From the human T2T-CHM13v2.0 reference genome, Homo sapiens: a stretch of 64,000 bases of DNA. The translations under genes were made by a program, and so were the position numbers. The DNA lies in contig CP086569.2 in assembly GCA_009914755.4 (NCBI GenBank), positions 14,976,001-15,040,000 on the forward strand, given 5' to 3'. The notes beneath the pieces were generated by a model. The model was not told where the DNA came from and searched no databases. It saw nothing but the letters and a program-made list of their open reading frames with translations. This document shows, in pieces, positions 1-15,055 of this stretch (position 1 is the first letter of the stretch; the number at the start of each line of letters is the position of its first letter).

Positions 1-285
1 ACCTGTAATCCCAGCACTTTGGGAGACGGGGGGCAGGCAGATCACGAGATCAAGTGATCGTGATCATCATGGCTAACATGGGTGAAACCCTGTCTCTACT
101 AAAAACACGCAAAAAATTAGCTGGGCGTGGTGGCGGGCGCCTGTAGTCCCAACTACTTGGGAGGCTGAGGCAGGAGAATATCATGAACCTGGGAGGTGGA
201 GCTTGGAGTGAGCCGAGATCGCGCCACTGCACTCCAGGTTAGGCGATAGAGCAAGCCTACCTCACAAAAAAGAAAAAAAAAAAGT
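1..285 (+). mobile_element. Alu SINE, 5' end cut by the window edge, poly-A tail at about 263-285
   Basis: Carries the Alu hallmarks cctgtaatcccagcactttgggag..., gccgagatcgcgccactgcactccag and a terminal A-run. The left arm has an altered segment, gatcacgagatcaagtgatcgtgatc. Confidence 0.9.
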
Positions 286-299
286 TTCTAATAAAACTA

Positions 300-990
300 A
301 ATTTTAGGCTACTGTATGATCCAGCAATCCCACTACTGATATATACCCAAAAGAAAGGAAATCAGCGTATCGAAAACACGTCTTCATTCCAATGTATGTT
401 GTAGCACTGTTTACTAACATGTGGAAGTAAGCTAAGTGTCCACCAACACCACCTGATGAATAGATAAAGAAAATGTGGTACATATGCACAATGGAGTACT
501 ATTCAACCATAAAAAGGATGAGATTCAGCTGTATGTAACATTATGGATTGAACTGGAGATCATTATTTTAAGTGAAATAAGCCAGGCACAGAGAGACAGC
601 ATCACATGTTCTCACTTATTTGTGGGATCTAAAAATCAAAGCAATTCAACTCATGGGGACAGTAGAAGGATGGTTACCAGAAGGTAGGAAGGTTAGTGGG
701 GGCTGGGGGGAAGGTGGTGATAGTTGAGGGGTACAAGAAAATAGTTAGAATGAGTAATGTCTCCTGTTTGATGGCACAACAGGGTGACTACAGTCAATAA
801 TAATGATACATTTCAAAATAAAGAGTGTAATTGGATTGTTTACAATTCAGTGGATAAGTGATTAAGGGGATGGATGCCCCATGTTTCCTGATGTGTTACT
901 GCACGTTACATGCCTGTATTGAAACATCTCAGGTACCCCATAAATATATACACCTACTATGTACCCACAAAAATTGAAGACAAAAGAAAA
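300..990 (+). mobile_element. Older L1 (L1PB/L1MA-like) 3' fragment: ORF2 C-terminus remnant plus 3'UTR
   Basis: Matches the L1 3'-end consensus through ...aatgtggtacatatgcacaatggagtactattcaaccataaaaaggatgag...catcacatgttctcacttatttgtgggatctaaaaatcaa... and ends in ...tacccacaaaaattgaagacaaaag. It closely resembles the second fragment at 44380-45000. Confidence 0.7.
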
Positions 991-1472
991 TTGAAAAGAA
1001 AGAAATTGAGGCACAAAGTGGTTAAGTAACCTTCCCAAAGTAACACAGCCATAGATGGTAGAGCCTGGATTTGAACCAAGAAAAGCAAATGCTTTTGCGT
1101 GAATCAAGAAAAGCAAATGCTCACTTATCTTAAGCCACATCAGTTAAACATGCAGTCTCTGAATGTGTGTACATATGTAAATGTATCATCGCACTTGCAA
1201 ACTGAGTAATTTTAAAATGAACATATATATATGTTTATTGTTTTATTTAAATAAATGTATCAGAACATTAAAATCCAAATGCTTAGAGCCCTTGTCAAAG
1301 TACTCAACTTGAATAATCAAGGGACATTCAGGCTACCAATACTCAGATTGGCAACCTGCCCTCACTTTTTCAAATGATTCTCTGGTTGTAGGAGAGTTTC
1401 TGGAAGCAATATAATCAGTTAGTAAGCTATATAAGCAAGTCTGTCTCAGCAGTCACATCTATCTGGTTTTAG

Positions 1473-1770
<298 letters not shown>

Positions 1771-3031
1771 TTATGCTTCAATCATTTTGTCAGCTGTCTT
1801 GTAGTATGTTATTGATAAGCATCTATTAAGCATAGAGTCACATATAATGTAATTATGTGTCCCTCTGTCAAACCCTGGACCTATTAAAATATCAGTGTGA
1901 CTCTAACACTACACTGACCTAGCAAGTATTACATGTTAGACTACAGCTTAGAGAAAAAGAATACAAATTACATGAAATGTTGATCATTTACTTCCCTACA
2001 GGATATTCAACAAAATACCCTAAACTTTTGAAGGCAACTCCAAAATAGCTATCTCTTTCATTTTCTGGAACTATGATAGAGTCCTTATTAAGGTACCTTC
2101 TCAACTCTTCAGCCATGCCCTGGAATTCCACTGGCCAGGACTGAGAACAGAAATCATGTTGTTGTCACATGTTACCTCACCCTCGGGACTGGAGTGGGTA
2201 TTATTCCACATTGTCTTGTACAACCTACTACTTAACAGTTTAGATACCTGTATTGCATTGGTTATCATCTTTCCCACTCCTTAGAGTGCAGACTACCTGG
2301 TTTATTCATTATGTCCGCAATGTCTATGAAAATATCAACACACAGAGCTCTCTCAGTTGATATTGATAAACAAATACATTCAGGAAACACATTCACCAAT
2401 TATGTAAACAGTTGGTAACCTCTTAACCTGCATTGAAGAAAACACTTACTTGAAAGAACGAGTACTGATAGGTGTGTTAAAAAATATATCCTATTACTTT
2501 ATAGACATCCTTGCCATTCATGAATTTAACATTTCTAATATTGAAGCCCCTGGCATGTCATAATTTATAAATTTATTAATACTCAGATTCCATCCCAGCA
2601 TGGTTGATAAAAATAGTGGGTGAGAAGAAGTCATTTCAGTAAATAACCTAATAGCAATATCTTGTAAATAACCAAACACCAATATCTAATATAATCTTTG
2701 GTCTCTTATCTATAACTATTATGTGCAGAAATGTTACTCATGAGTCTAGATTGCTGATAAGTTGTCTGGAAACAAAATATGTAAAAAGGAGTCATGTATA
2801 TTACATAATATTAGGTAACTTACTATGTATGCACTTAAATTATTGGCAGCTCTTTTATTAGGTTATAGCTTACATTGGTAGGCTTTGATATAATGTTTTG
2901 TATTAAAATTTGAGAAAGAAATTTCTACAAAGTAAATTACAAAATGCTTTTACCTACGTGTGTGAACATATCATACATATAATTTTATATAGGTAGTCAA
3001 TTTTTAATTCCTATTTGTATTTAAATTTTAA

Positions 3032-3382
<351 letters not shown>

Positions 3383-5169
3383 AAAACTTTTTTTTTTCTT
3401 AAAAAACTGAATTCCAGCCAGAATAGAAAGAACTTATATTTGCTGTGTGAAATGAACAGTCCATGGGGAGTGTCTATGTATCCACACACAAACGTAATTC
3501 TAAAGCCTACCTTCCTATCCTAAAGGTTACATTAGTAGTAGCTTTAATTTTAATATCTAATGAATAGATTATTATACTACCTAATGTAGAAATGATCTCG
3601 TGTTCATTTTTAACCTTTAGTTCGCTTTGCTAAAAAATAAAATGAATCCATAATGTGGGCTTAATAAAGTAATGACTATTTGGTAATCCAGTGAACATTG
3701 TAAATAAAAATTAAAAACAGTCTAAACAAGTAGCTATATGACTGTTTGATTTTTTAAATTTTGGACAAATTCAAATTCATCTATGTTTAAAATCAATAAG
3801 AGCTCTGCAGAATCAACGTAAAAGATACATGAGACAAGAGAGAAAAAAATGACAAACACTAATCTAAGTTATTCTCTTTTCAATCTTTATCAATTTAATT
3901 TTGCACTGAGATTTCAATCATGACTCAGATAAGTAAGAAGCCCTTGCCATGCAACACAGGTAGTTGCAAGCAGATGATAACATTTGACCTGAAAACTTTC
4001 TGACACCTTCCTGATGTTGGTCTGGGAAAGGGTAAAACACAGGTAGGTGGGAGAATCAGCTGGTTTCTCAATGGATTAAGGCCACATGAAATTGAGACCT
4101 CCTTGGCTCTTTCAACCCAGGGAGTTGTGGCTTCTAGCTGGCAATTACTTACCTGGGTCTGTGATTTGCAATATCCAATTCTCATCAGTCTGCAAGGGGC
4201 AGACTGGAAACAGTTACAGAAAAACACCTTGAAGACAAGAAATCCACTTGCAACCCACCTGGCATCAAATTTTTGGGGGGATTTTGAATGTAATTTTGGA
4301 GGTCACATGAGTCCTATTCTGAAAGTCATTAATAAAACTAAAGGCAAAAATTTCTAAAAATCTCCTGTGCTTAATTGCTACTATCTGAGGTTATTTAACC
4401 TTCAGAGCTGAGGGCTGCCAGGTTTGGTCATGATGTGAACACTAAGAAGGAGAGAAAGTAGATCCCCTGGAATGGAAGTAAGAGATGCTAAGTGAGAATC
4501 CACAAGACCTTGGAAATCCAAAGAGGACACATGGTTTCTGGCAGCTTTCCACTTCCTAGTGCCAATTCCCTAGACATCCCCGCCTTTCTCGGGTTCTGTA
4601 TTATTATTTTTTAAATTGACAAATAAAATTTTATGTATCTATTATATATAATATGTTTTGAAATATGTTTACATTGTGGAATGCTACTCTGACTTAATTA
4701 ACATGCATTATCTCACATACCTAACATTTTTTGTGATGAGAACACTTAAAATCTACTTTTTTAGCAAGTATATTCTAATAATATTTTTCCTTATCCACAT
4801 ATAATTTCTGTTTTTTTCTCTCAGCAACCAAAGCAGTTGTAAATAAGTCAATGAATCTCAGGAATAAAAACATTTTTTAAAAAGACAATAATTAATTATT
4901 TGTTCTTTCATGTTTTGAGTCGTATCTAATAATCACAACAGTCTCATTTCATGCAGAGCAGAAAGTTTCTTTTCTCCCCATTTTCTGTGGGATGTTAACT
5001 GGGAATATTGGAAAGCATCCCTGAGCAGGGCCAGCTTCATAGGTCGTAGCTGGCCCAGTCAAACAGGGCCCCATGCTCAGAAGGACCCCATACATGGACC
5101 CCAGGATCTGCTCTGCTCATGTTATATATCAGTGTCCCCACTGGATGTCCCTTAGGAAACGCAAATTCA

Positions 5170-5608
<439 letters not shown>

Positions 5609-6024
5609 CTATTCTTTTTGTGGTTTTCCAAATAAGGAATGCATCTGTGTACTTTTGGGATATTATGTTATTTTTGTTAGAAATTTAGTGAAGATGTTGT
5701 AAAGAACATTTTTGAACGTTTATGTCAATAGTATATTTATTTACGGCTTTAAAGAAAATATGATCCTTAGAGGATGTCCACTAAATGGTGATTATACTCT
5801 TTCAAAGATTACATTTGGAACCCTTCACATATTAAATTAAAATGAAGCTTATAAAATCAATGTCACATTTTAAAAATGTTTCTCTTTAATAGAAATAATT
5901 TGATACTTAGTTTCAACATCATGTTAAAAGACCTAAAGATCATCATATATTATCAGATACGTTGAGTCGTAAATAAATTATATTTCTAAAGGATGTCTAT
6001 TTTGAATTATCTTTTCAGACTGCT

Positions 6025-6395
6025 ATGGTCTGAATGTTTGTGTCCCATTCCAAAAATGTATTTGTTGAATCTTATCCCCCACAATGATGGCATAAGGAGC
6101 TGGTGCCTTTGGGGTGCAGGAGGTCCTGAGGGTGGAGCCTCATGAATGGGATGAGTGCCCTTATCAAAGAGGCCCCAGAGACCTCCCTCACCCCTTCCAC
6201 CATGTGAGGATGGGGCAAAAGTTTCTATCTATAAACCAGGAAATAGGGCCACACAAAACACTATCTGCTAGTGACTTATCTTGGAATGCTTGCTTGTCTT
6301 CCAGAACTGTGAGAAACACATTTCTATTGTTATAAGCCACCCAGTTTTGGGTATTTTGTTACAGCAGCCTGCCTGGACAGACTAAAACAGAGAAA
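6025..6395 (+). mobile_element. Solo MaLR LTR (MST/MLT1-type)
   Basis: Opens with tgctatggtctgaatgtttgtgtccc and contains ...gtgcccttatcaaagaggcccc...ccaccatgtgagga... It ends ...ccagaactgtgagaaacacatttctattgttataagccacccagttttgggtattttgttacagcagcc, which is the characteristic MaLR LTR terminus. Confidence 0.55.
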
Positions 6396-8249
6396 TTCTT
6401 TTCTGTTATCAAAGAAAAGTCTTATTTTGTTTTACATAATATAAACATATATGTTTGTATATATATTTGTAATATATATAATATGGTGTATATATATGTA
6501 ATACAAAATTTTTGAAAATACATTACTCCTTTTAGAAAGAATTTGCCCTGTGTTCCTTTAGGTAGTCAGTTCTTGAAGCCTATTTCTAATAGAGGGAAAA
6601 TGGCTATGTACAATGTAAAAAGCATTTACATTAGTAAGATGGGTTTGGCTTGGAAGCTTTAGAAACTCAATTCCAACTAGCTTAAGTAAAACAAATAGAA
6701 AAAGGTAGGTGTAGTGAGGAAAGGTAAAATATAAAACATATTGTTTGAAGACTTTGAAAGCTAACCTGCTCTGTCTTATACTTATCTAAAATGCCAGTTG
6801 CAAGCACTGAAATCAAATAATTCTAATACAACAACAGAAACACTCAGGAAATCTTCATTATGTCTATTTTTCAGTGCAATATATAATATTATATTTGCAT
6901 CCACAGGCTCAAGAACTGCAACTACACCTAGATGCCTCTCTCTTTCTTTTTTCTTTTCTTTTTTTTTTTTTTTTCCTCTCTATCTCATTCTCAGCTCTGG
7001 ATCCCTCTAAGCCACCTCTGTTTTCCGGCTGTCTCTCTCCACATAGTGGCATTCACACATGACCTTTTTCATCTCTTCCATCATTTTGTCCCTGGAGATG
7101 GAGACCTATGGGAAGGAAATAGCCCCTCTTTCTACGGTTTTGGAGGGGGAGTTCTACTCCAAGACTGCAAAAGTTCCTTTCTCTGAATTCCATGGTGGTC
7201 TCAAGACAACATATTGCTTAAACTAAGCACAGAGCGCATGTTATCATGAGTTATTACCTTAAAGCCCCCATGTAAAGGGCAGTGCTCTTGCAGTGTGGTC
7301 ACATTCCCCCGAAATTAAAGTGCATGCATCCAATCTCCACAGTTCATTGAGAGTGGTTTGCAGCATTTGGGGAGGAGGTGACAAGAGGAGTTATCAAGCA
7401 GGAGGGAGAATAAGCATATTGAATACACATGACAAGAGATTTGTTGTTTTTTTTTTTTAAAAAAGCAAAGCATTTGTAATGTTGACCAACAAGAGGTATT
7501 GAGGTGCTAAGATGAGAAGACTGGAAAGTGAAATAACACCACAAGGAGTGTAGACTGGAAGAACTGATTAGACTCAAAGATTCTGAAATACCATCCTGTC
7601 CCTGGAGCCAAGGTGTGGACAAGCATCCCTTATCCATGTTGATTTCTCCTCCTTTATGGGATACAGGATAAAATCTCCTGGGAGGGAGCACTGGAGAGGA
7701 AAAGGAGCCATCAAGCTGGGGCACTTTGTTTCTGTGCTGAGTGCTACTGTAGGCACCTCCCAGAGCTAAAGGTTTCTTACTTTGTAGCTGGTGAGCACAA
7801 CCAGGGCATCTATGTGTGGCTTTGCAATACCACATCATCACACTTCTGTAATTACATGTCAGATGTCTTTCTACTCACTGGCCTCTGCATCCTGGATGAT
7901 AAGGGCTGAATTCTTTCAACTGTGTATGCCCTGTATCAATGCAACACTTGTTATATAAGAGATGTTAGATGTTTAATAAATATATGATAAATGGCCAAAT
8001 AAACCAGTTTGAACTAATTACAAAGGAAAATAGAAGAGCAAAAATTAGCAAATTACAGAAAAAATGTTTTAAATGGTAATTAAACTACTATATATTCAGA
8101 ATCACAGTGGTAATTTACTTAAATCCAACATCCAAAACAAATATTTATTGATCTATACTACATGCCAAGTGCTATGCTTGGTAATGAGATAACAAAGACA
8201 AATGTGAATGAATATGATATTCTTCCTTACATTAGAAAGCTGAACTATT

Positions 8250-8390
8250 TTGTTTTATTTTTAGAGATGAGGTCTCACTATGTTGTCCAAGCTGAAGATG
8301 AACTCTTAGTCTCAAGAGATCCTCCCAGCTCAGCCTCTTGAGTGACTGAGACTACAGCCACATGCCACCTCACCCAGCTGGGAGCTGAAC
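8250..8390 (-). mobile_element. Alu fragment (right arm)
   Basis: agagatgaggtctcactatgttgtccaagctga...cctcccagctcagcctcttgagtgactgagactacagccacatgccacc. Confidence 0.55.
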
Positions 8391-8472
8391 TTTTAATTAG
8401 TTACATGGATATATGATACGAGGCAGACAGGAATAAGGAGAAAACAAGTTTAAAATTTTAAGAGTTAAATTG

Positions 8473-8625
8473 GGCCAGGCGCAGTGGCTCATGCCTGTAA
8501 TCCCAGCACTTTGGAGGGCTGAGAAGGGAGGATCATGAGGTCAAGAGATCGAGACCATCCTGGCCACCACCCCCAGCTAATTTATGTATTTTTAGTAGAG
8601 CCCGAGTTTCACCATGTTTCCATAA
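8473..8625. mobile_element. Composite of two Alu fragments: plus-strand left arm at about 8473-8560, then a minus-strand piece
   Basis: gggccaggcgcagtggctcatgcctgtaatcccagcactttggagggctgagaagggaggatcatgaggtcaagagatcgagaccatcctggcc is followed by ccagctaatttatgtatttttagtagagcccgagtttcaccatgtt in the opposite orientation. Confidence 0.55.
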
Positions 8626-11399
8626 CTATATTTACTTTTTGAAGAAGAGGACTCCTAGAGGGTCACTTCTTCCTTTTTATGCAATCTTCCCTTGGCCTGT
8701 GGCAAATCCTAAGCTTTGGAATTAGGTACACTTGGTTTAGAAGTCTCAGCAAATTTAAAAATATATTGTGTGATTTGTAACTAACCTGATTTGGAAATAC
8801 TGCAATAATAGTCATTTATACTTAAGAAATTCTGCCATGTTAAGATATTAAATAACTTACCTGAATTGGAGACTTGATGTCATCATATTCTCAGATTAGT
8901 TTACCTGCTATTATTTATTTTTTTGCACTAAATGGGAGAGTGGGTTGTTTTGTCTGATTGTGTTGGCATAATGAAAAATGTCTTTTATCTGGTGCTCCCA
9001 TGGAAAGGGAGAAAATAATTATCTTTGTTTACTTAGGGCATCCTCATTTGTTCTTCTTCAAAATAAATTTTCAGCCAAAGTAACCTTTGACTTACATTTG
9101 TTTGATTTACTTTATTTTTAGCATTTGAAATAACCCACCTGTAGGATAGCCTTGAGTTATTTTTATCAACTGTTTCTACCTACTCAGATTCACGTTCGCT
9201 CAGTTCTCACTGATGGTGTAAGTTCCTCAAGCTTTTTACTGTTGTGACAAATACATGTGTAATTAATCTTTCTCTGAGCTTTTGCATTCATAATTAAGAG
9301 GAGCACCTGACGTTGGGCATATTTTAGGTGGTAGGCAAATTTAGACATTAATGTGGAAGAGCTCAATGCTGTAATTCTTTTTCTCAGCTCTCACAATTTG
9401 CAAGGAAGCCATGGTGCTAGACTCTGTGGGGAACTCAAAGATGAGTAAGTCTGGGCTATGGAGAATATTGAATATAATTGAAATTAGTACAAGGAAATCG
9501 GGAAGATGGGCAGTCTAGCTCAATAGAATGAACACACATTTTGTAGGGCTACCCTGATTTCTCACCTAGAAGCTTCCAGCAGCCTATATCCACTCAAGCT
9601 CCCTGCAATCCACCCACCTCATAGCACTCAGAGTGATGTCACCCAAAGGCACATCCGATCACCTCATTTCCCCCTGGGGCAAGGACTCTCTGTTGACTTA
9701 GGATAATGTGGCCCAAATTTCTCAGCATGCATTACAAGGCCCCATTTGACGTAGCCCTACTTGTGGCACACCATGGGGACACATTTCAACTCTGTGCCCC
9801 TCTCTGAATTGTTCTTGCTGTTGTTTTTACTATCCTCTGCTTTCACCTTCATCCTCTTTCCAACTCCTGTTTATATTTAAGTCTCAGCATGAATATCAAA
9901 TTGGAGAGAAACCTTTGGGAACCCACGAGGTTGTAGGTTGACACCCACTGTATTGATTTCATGTTACTACTTTGATGAAGGACCTTTAAGTTAGTGGCTT
10001 AAAACAGCATGTGTTTATCATCTTCCAGCTCTAGAGGTCCTAAGAGTCTGGTCTAAAATGAATATGTCCATGCTCACTCTCTCCAGAGGTTCCAGGGAAG
10101 AATCCATTTCCTTACCTTTTTGGGTTTCTGGAGGGTGCCCAGACTTCTTGGTTCCTGACCCCTTGCTTGATTTCTAAAGCTGTAAGCACAGCATCTTCAA
10201 ATCTCTCTAACTCTGGCTCTCCTACCTCTCTCTTTCCCTTACAAGGACACTTGTAATGACCTTGGGCCTTGTCAGGTCATCTAGGATTATTTCCTCATCT
10301 CAAGGTCCTTAATTGCACCTACGAAGTTCCTTTTGACATAGAGGGTCTCCTAGTCACAGGTTCCAGGTACTAGAATGTGGACATCTTTGTGGGGAGTGGA
10401 GAGACTGCTGCAATAGTACAGCCACTTAACTGAAATTCTGCAATGTTAAGACATTGAATAATTTACCTGAATTTGAGACTTGATGTCATCATATTCTCAA
10501 ATGAGTTTACCTGTTGTTATTTATTTTTTGCACTAAATGAGAGTCAAACACACCCTCATGGGGGCTCTCATGGCCTCTGTGACCTGCTCTTGGAGGCACT
10601 TATGAATCTCATGAGCACAGGTTCTTTGTATCTTGTCCTCTCCAAGTCCGAGTGCCTAGCCAAGCACCTGGTGCCCAGTTAGTTGCTAAATCAATTCATT
10701 GTTTAATAAAAAACAGACTTGGGTGTAAATCCTGGCTCTGAGATGCATTTTTAATGAGATACTGGGATACATACTTGAACTCTCCAATCCTCTGTTTTCT
10801 TCTCTGTCAAGTGGGATGGTTATACCCACCTTGCAGGGTGATGTGAAGATTAACTGACCGTGTCACCTCTGTAGATCCCAGTACAGGGTAGACACAAACA
10901 CCCCTGAAAGACTTATAAAATGCCAGTGCCCAACACGAATCTCTGAAGACTGATTCAGCCTATGCAAACCGTAGGAATCGCCATTCTTATTTCTGTCACT
11001 GGTGCTGTCATTTGTAATCAGACCAGTTGCAGGGTTGTAATCAAACTGCTACTGAGACCACAAAATTGGGGTGAGAGAGAAGATTAATTGCACTGAAGAA
11101 ACCTTTTGAGAAAAATGTGCTCAATTAAAATTCCGATTAAGTCTTCAAGTATTTTTCAGATGGGGACAAAGGCCATTTAAGGTGGTTTACAAAGGAAAAA
11201 ACAAACAAACAAAATGATTAGGATTATGAGAATGTATAACTGGCAAAGGGCCTGAGAGAATGGTGGATGAGGTCCCTGCCAGGTGGAGAATTTGCATACC
11301 TTTAATAGTGTGACACTCTACTTTTGCTGTTGGGTCTGTGGAATCCCAAGTTTTATAAGTGGAATGATTTCTTTCTTTACAGTATATAGGGACACTTTT

Positions 11400-11715
<316 letters not shown>

Positions 11716-12534
11716 AATCTTCTTTTTTTAAGAATGTAACCAATTTACCTAGAAGTTTGCTGAAGAAATCAGAAAGCAGTCATTCGGGGCAGTAACACTG
11801 GGTTATGACTTCATGGCCCAGCTAAGGTATACACAGTACATTTTTCCCAAAAGTACGTGAAAACAGAGTGTTGAGGACTGTCTGTACAAACTGTGGCAAG
11901 GTCAGCATTCTCTCCTGTAAAATATTTACAAGGTGTTCAATAATTAAGGGTGAATAATGCAGATTGTTTTTGTTCTTTAGAAGTGGATTCTTCCTTTCAA
12001 TGTTCACGAACTGGCCCAGAACCTACTTCAAGTATCCATCACCAACAGCAAAATCAGAGAAAATCACTTAGTCTCCAATTTTTCCTCCAGGGAAGGCCTC
12101 ATTAATGTAACAAAGGCACATTTCCTGTTTGAAGAAATCAGCAAGTGCTGATTTCAACATTTCCTAAAATATAATGAGCATTGCCACGTTCTTTAGATCC
12201 TGTCTCTCTTATCAGACCAGATAGATGTTTAAGTGCTCTGTACATTATGTGTTTGATGAAAGCATTGACCAGGATCCCTCCTGATGCAGCCTCACAATGC
12301 ACTGTGATCCAAAAGCTCCCTGTACTTGTTCAGTGTTTTCCTGCAATGTTCAGATCTCATGTTGATTATGCGAAGCAAGTCACTGATGCAGTTTAGTAGC
12401 AATAATAATTCCTGAAATTTATGTGGCTAATAATTTGGAGTGTATGTAAGGTTTTTAACATGTACTCTCTTATTCTATCCTTCAAGTCCTTTTGTAAGTT
12501 AGGTAGGACTGGTTTTATTGTGACCCTTTAATGT

Positions 12535-12830
12535 TTTTGTTTTTCTTGAGACGGTGTCTCACTCTGTTGCCCAGGCTGGAGGGCAGTGGTACGATATTGG
12601 CTCACTGAAACCTTCCAGCTCCTAGGTTCAAACAAGTCTCCTGCCTCAGCCTCCTGAGTAGCTGGGATTACAGGTGTGCACCATCACAACTACCTAATTT
12701 TTGTATTTTTAGTAGTGATGGGGTTTTGCTTTGTTGGTCAGGCTGGTCTTGAACTGCTGACCTCAAATGATCTGCCTGCCTTGGTCTCCAAGGTGCTGGA
12801 ATTACAAGCATGAGCCACCATGCCCGGTCC
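12535..12830 (-). mobile_element. Alu SINE
   Basis: tttttgtttttcttgagacggtgtctcactctgttgcccaggctggagggcagtggtacgat... ending in ...caagcatgagccaccatgcccggtcc. Confidence 0.85.
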
Positions 12831-14924
12831 CTTTTATGTTTTTATCAGAGAAGTGATTGGAAAGATTTTATGTGATGTCCACACCTCGGTGACCAAGATT
12901 ATCCTGCATGGTAGTGGGAACCAATTCTGGTAACCAAGTCTCTTAACTTTTCAATCTAATGTTCTATTTTGTTTCTCCATTTTGTTCTGATGTCTTTGTA
13001 TCCAAACACATTTGAAAGTTGGTTGGTTGAGAATTCATTATCTCTAGGATATACTTCAGCTGACTGATTTCCAAATACCAATGTGCTCGCTGTGCTAATG
13101 CAGTGAATATTTGTAGGATGGAAAGGGTGTACTTCCTTGGAATTTTTTCTTGTTTTTCCCTCTAGTGCAAATATTAAGCTTCAGGTAATATGGAGGATGT
13201 ATGTTTTCATACAGCAGAAGGTACTTTTCTATAATCCTATTACAATATTATGTAGACTTCACAATGTAAAGGGAACAGATGGCCACCCATGCTGAGTGGT
13301 CTTAAATTGTCAAAGTCCAGTACAGACAGATAAGGCTTGCAGTAGGTAGACATGCATCTTCTGGTTTAGCTAGGAACAGATTGTGTAAGCTCCCAGAGGC
13401 AGGGAATTCTCTGGTTTGCTCACTGCCGTGGCTCAGTACCTGCCACACTGCCAGCCTTTTTGTGGGCACTATGTAATATGTGTGAAATGAATAGATATGA
13501 TGCAAGGTGGCATCTGTTGAACTGACCCTAAATTGGGGCCAGTGTAACAGTGATTTTTTTTTTTTTAATCAATCAAAAGAAAAAAAAGAAGCTGGGCCCT
13601 TCATACTCAGTAACCTCGGCAAAATCACATAGCTGGTTGGGCCCCAGCTGTGACTGTGGTCCATGTGTCTAGCACTGTCCCCTAACTATACCCCACGCTG
13701 GATAAAATGCCCATCTTCCCTGTCAATCCCTTTTATGTGGCAGACAGAAGAATGACACCCAAAGCTGCCCTTACCCTAATTCCCAGAACCTGTCCAGAAG
13801 TAAACTTACCTGGCAAAAGGGATTCTGTAGATGTGATTACGTTAAAGGTCTGAGATAGGAGGATGATCCCATATTATCCAAGTGGACCCTAACTAAGTAC
13901 ATGAATCTTGAAAAATGGACACCTTTCCTGGATTCTGTTTACCATGGCTGGTTTGGAGATGTAGCAACCACATGCCAGGGGAGCACAAAGGCTTCTAGGA
14001 AAGCAGCTCCCCACTGACAGCAGCAAAGAAAAGGGGGCATCTGCCCTGTAACCTGTGGAACTGAATTCTCTGAACAGCTGACTGAGCAAGGAGACACATT
14101 CTCCCCCAGAGCCTCCAGAAAGAGACGCAGCCCTGCCGACCCCTGGATTTTCCCCAGTGAGACCCATACCAGACTTTGGACTGTCAGACTGTATGACAAC
14201 ACGTTTGTCTTGTTTGAAGGGGTTAAAGTTATAGCAATTTATTATAACAGCAATAGCAAACTATTGCTGTTAAGTAAACATGGCATATTTCTAGTTTGTT
14301 TGTTTGGGATAATAACTATTCAGAAAATTGGGGTAATTACTTGAGTCCATTGAGGAGGAGAGAAATTGTTGACACAAACATGTAATACTTTGTAAGGAGA
14401 ATATTGAATAACTGACACTTACTATAGGTTCTACAAGAAACATTCTACATGTTTAGGAGGATATTTTAACCTATTTCAGAACTAAAAAGAAGGAAGGATG
14501 AATATTTCCTTGATACCAGATGGTGACTGTCAAACCATACGAAATCTATGACTGAAATACTTACGAAGCATTTAGCAGAAAAGAGTGAGAGTGCGGGAAG
14601 ACTAGGGATGATGTAGCAAAGGAAGAAGCATGAAGGGGAATTAAAATAAACCCCCTGCCAAGTAGGGACATGATCAAGTATATATGTTCCCATGAAAGAA
14701 GAGGCTGGTGGGAGAATGTTGTTTGAGGTGGTACCATGGGGGATGGTGGTTCTGACCTATCAGCTGGGGTTGGGGAGGCTGCCTGAAGGTCACCCTTAGG
14801 TAGAGACAGGAGGATCTGAGTTCGTGAAGCCATGTGTTGAAGCAACTCAATGATAGATGGCTGTGGGTCACCCAGGGCTTGGCACACCTGGGTCTGAACA
14901 CATGGCCTGGGGTCTTGATATGGT

Positions 14925-15055
14925 TTGGGTGTGTCCATGTTATGGGAGGGACCTGGTGGGAGATAACTGAATCATGGGGGCAGTTTCCCCCATCCCATAC
15001 TGTTCTTCTCATAGTGAATAAGTATCATGACTTCTGATGGTTTTATAAGAGACTT
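14925..15055 (+). mobile_element. MaLR LTR fragment (THE1/MST-like 5' portion)
   Basis: tgatatggtttgggtgtgtccatgttatgggagggacctggtgggagataactgaatcatgggggcag...ctcatagtgaataag...tctgatggttttataag, the THE1/MST signature. Confidence 0.5.

Noticed and set aside
7344-7841. 165-aa minus-strand ORF, the longest ORF outside L1 sequence
   Set aside because: No similarity to any protein family I recognise, a skewed low-complexity composition (S/L/P-rich) and no flanking splice or promoter context. It sits beside a poly-T/A run. An ORF of this length is expected by chance in AT-poor patches of 64 kb.
13850-14280. Possible additional MaLR/MLT-type LTR, from similarity of ...ccagactttggactgtcagactgtatgacaacacgtttgtcttgtttgaag...ttatagcaatttattataacagcaatagcaaactaat... 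to LTR 3' termini
   Set aside because: The similarity is too loose to call by eye and the boundaries are unclear. It needs RepeatMasker.
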